Source: Antedon mediterranea
Taxonomy: Eukaryota > Animalia > Echinodermata
DNA length: 64,000 bases
Direction of reading: 5' to 3'
Assembly: GCF_964355755.1 (NCBI RefSeq)
Contig: NC_092671.1
Span: 15,557,742 to 15,621,741, forward strand
In this document: piece by piece, positions 63,901 to 64,000 of the stretch
Layout: each line of letters starts with the position of its first letter
Position numbering within the stretch: the stretch's first letter is position 1
Translations under genes and position numbers: made by a program
Notes under the pieces: generated by a model
The model's database searches: none
The model's input: only the letters and a program-made list of their open reading frames with translations
What the model was told of the DNA's origin: nothing

Positions 63901-64000
63901 AAATTTTACAATTTGTCGAAAAATGGCCAAAATATGGCCTTTAAAAAAAAAAATTATTATGCAATAATATTATTGCTATATATGCGCATATATCACGTTA
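57900..64000. repeat. Complex palindromic satellite (foldback-like), more than 6 kb, continuing past the window end
   Basis: Two palindromic modules alternate. P1 is about 90 bp centred on CCCTGTACTATAGTACAGGG, with arms ggtcgaaaat.../...attttcgacc. P2 is about 75 bp: GGTTACTATAGCACAATTGACATGCGCAGAAC...TCTGCGCATGTTTATTATGCTATAGTAACC. There is a 791-bp higher-order period (ORF copies at 61004/61795 and 61330/62121/62952). About 70-bp inverted repeats lie at the two ends (57945-58010 versus 63545-63615). The many 60-114-aa ORFs here are repeat translations. Confidence 0.85.

Overview
This is eukaryotic (invertebrate-metazoan-like) nuclear DNA: AT-rich, intron-rich and packed with transposable elements. 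It has no prokaryotic gene structure and no CRISPR array. Four protein-coding genes can be reconstructed by hand from AG/GT splice boundaries with reading phase checked. (1) On the + strand, 1..11412, the 3' part of a multiple-EGF-domain type I membrane protein (MEGF10/11/Draper-like). It has 22 exons, and most laminin-type EGF repeats sit in single 129-nt phase-1 exons. There is a TM exon and a Tyr-rich tail, and the stop codon is at 11410-11412. (2) On the - strand, 18553..23589, a complete Rab11 GTPase gene. Its five exons sum to 651 nt (216 aa), matching the vertebrate RAB11A exon structure. (3) On the - strand, 25030..26222, a small 3-exon gene for a 115-aa secreted or single-pass Cys-rich membrane protein of unknown family. 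It has a signal peptide, a 6-Cys ectodomain, a TM helix followed by CCCC, and a Tyr-rich tail. (4) On the + strand, 30391..56671, a complete CENP-E-like kinesin-7 gene. It has 40 exons with 8262 nt of CDS (2753 aa), a motor domain, a giant coiled-coil stalk with a 2.2-kb repeat-containing exon, and a C-terminal CAAX-type box CTQQ. Introns and intergenic DNA are dominated by mobile elements. There are two 5'-truncated LINE reverse-transcriptase fragments. There is a 135-160-bp MITE family (8 copies) whose core carries a CArG-like CC(A/T)6GG palindrome. There are hAT-like non-autonomous elements with 8-bp target-site duplications (one nested inside another), a TA-flanked Tc1-like MITE, and other TIR families. 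There is a tRNA-like SINE, several mini- and microsatellites, and a >6-kb satellite at the 3' end built from two alternating palindromic modules and bounded by inverted repeats (foldback-like). Other notable structure: tandem duplications that copy a splice acceptor (3 copies) and a splice donor (2 copies); a recent tandem duplication of a 3-exon block inside CENP-E, with a MITE insertion that distinguishes the copies; and TE termini lying within 10-30 bp of splice acceptors.
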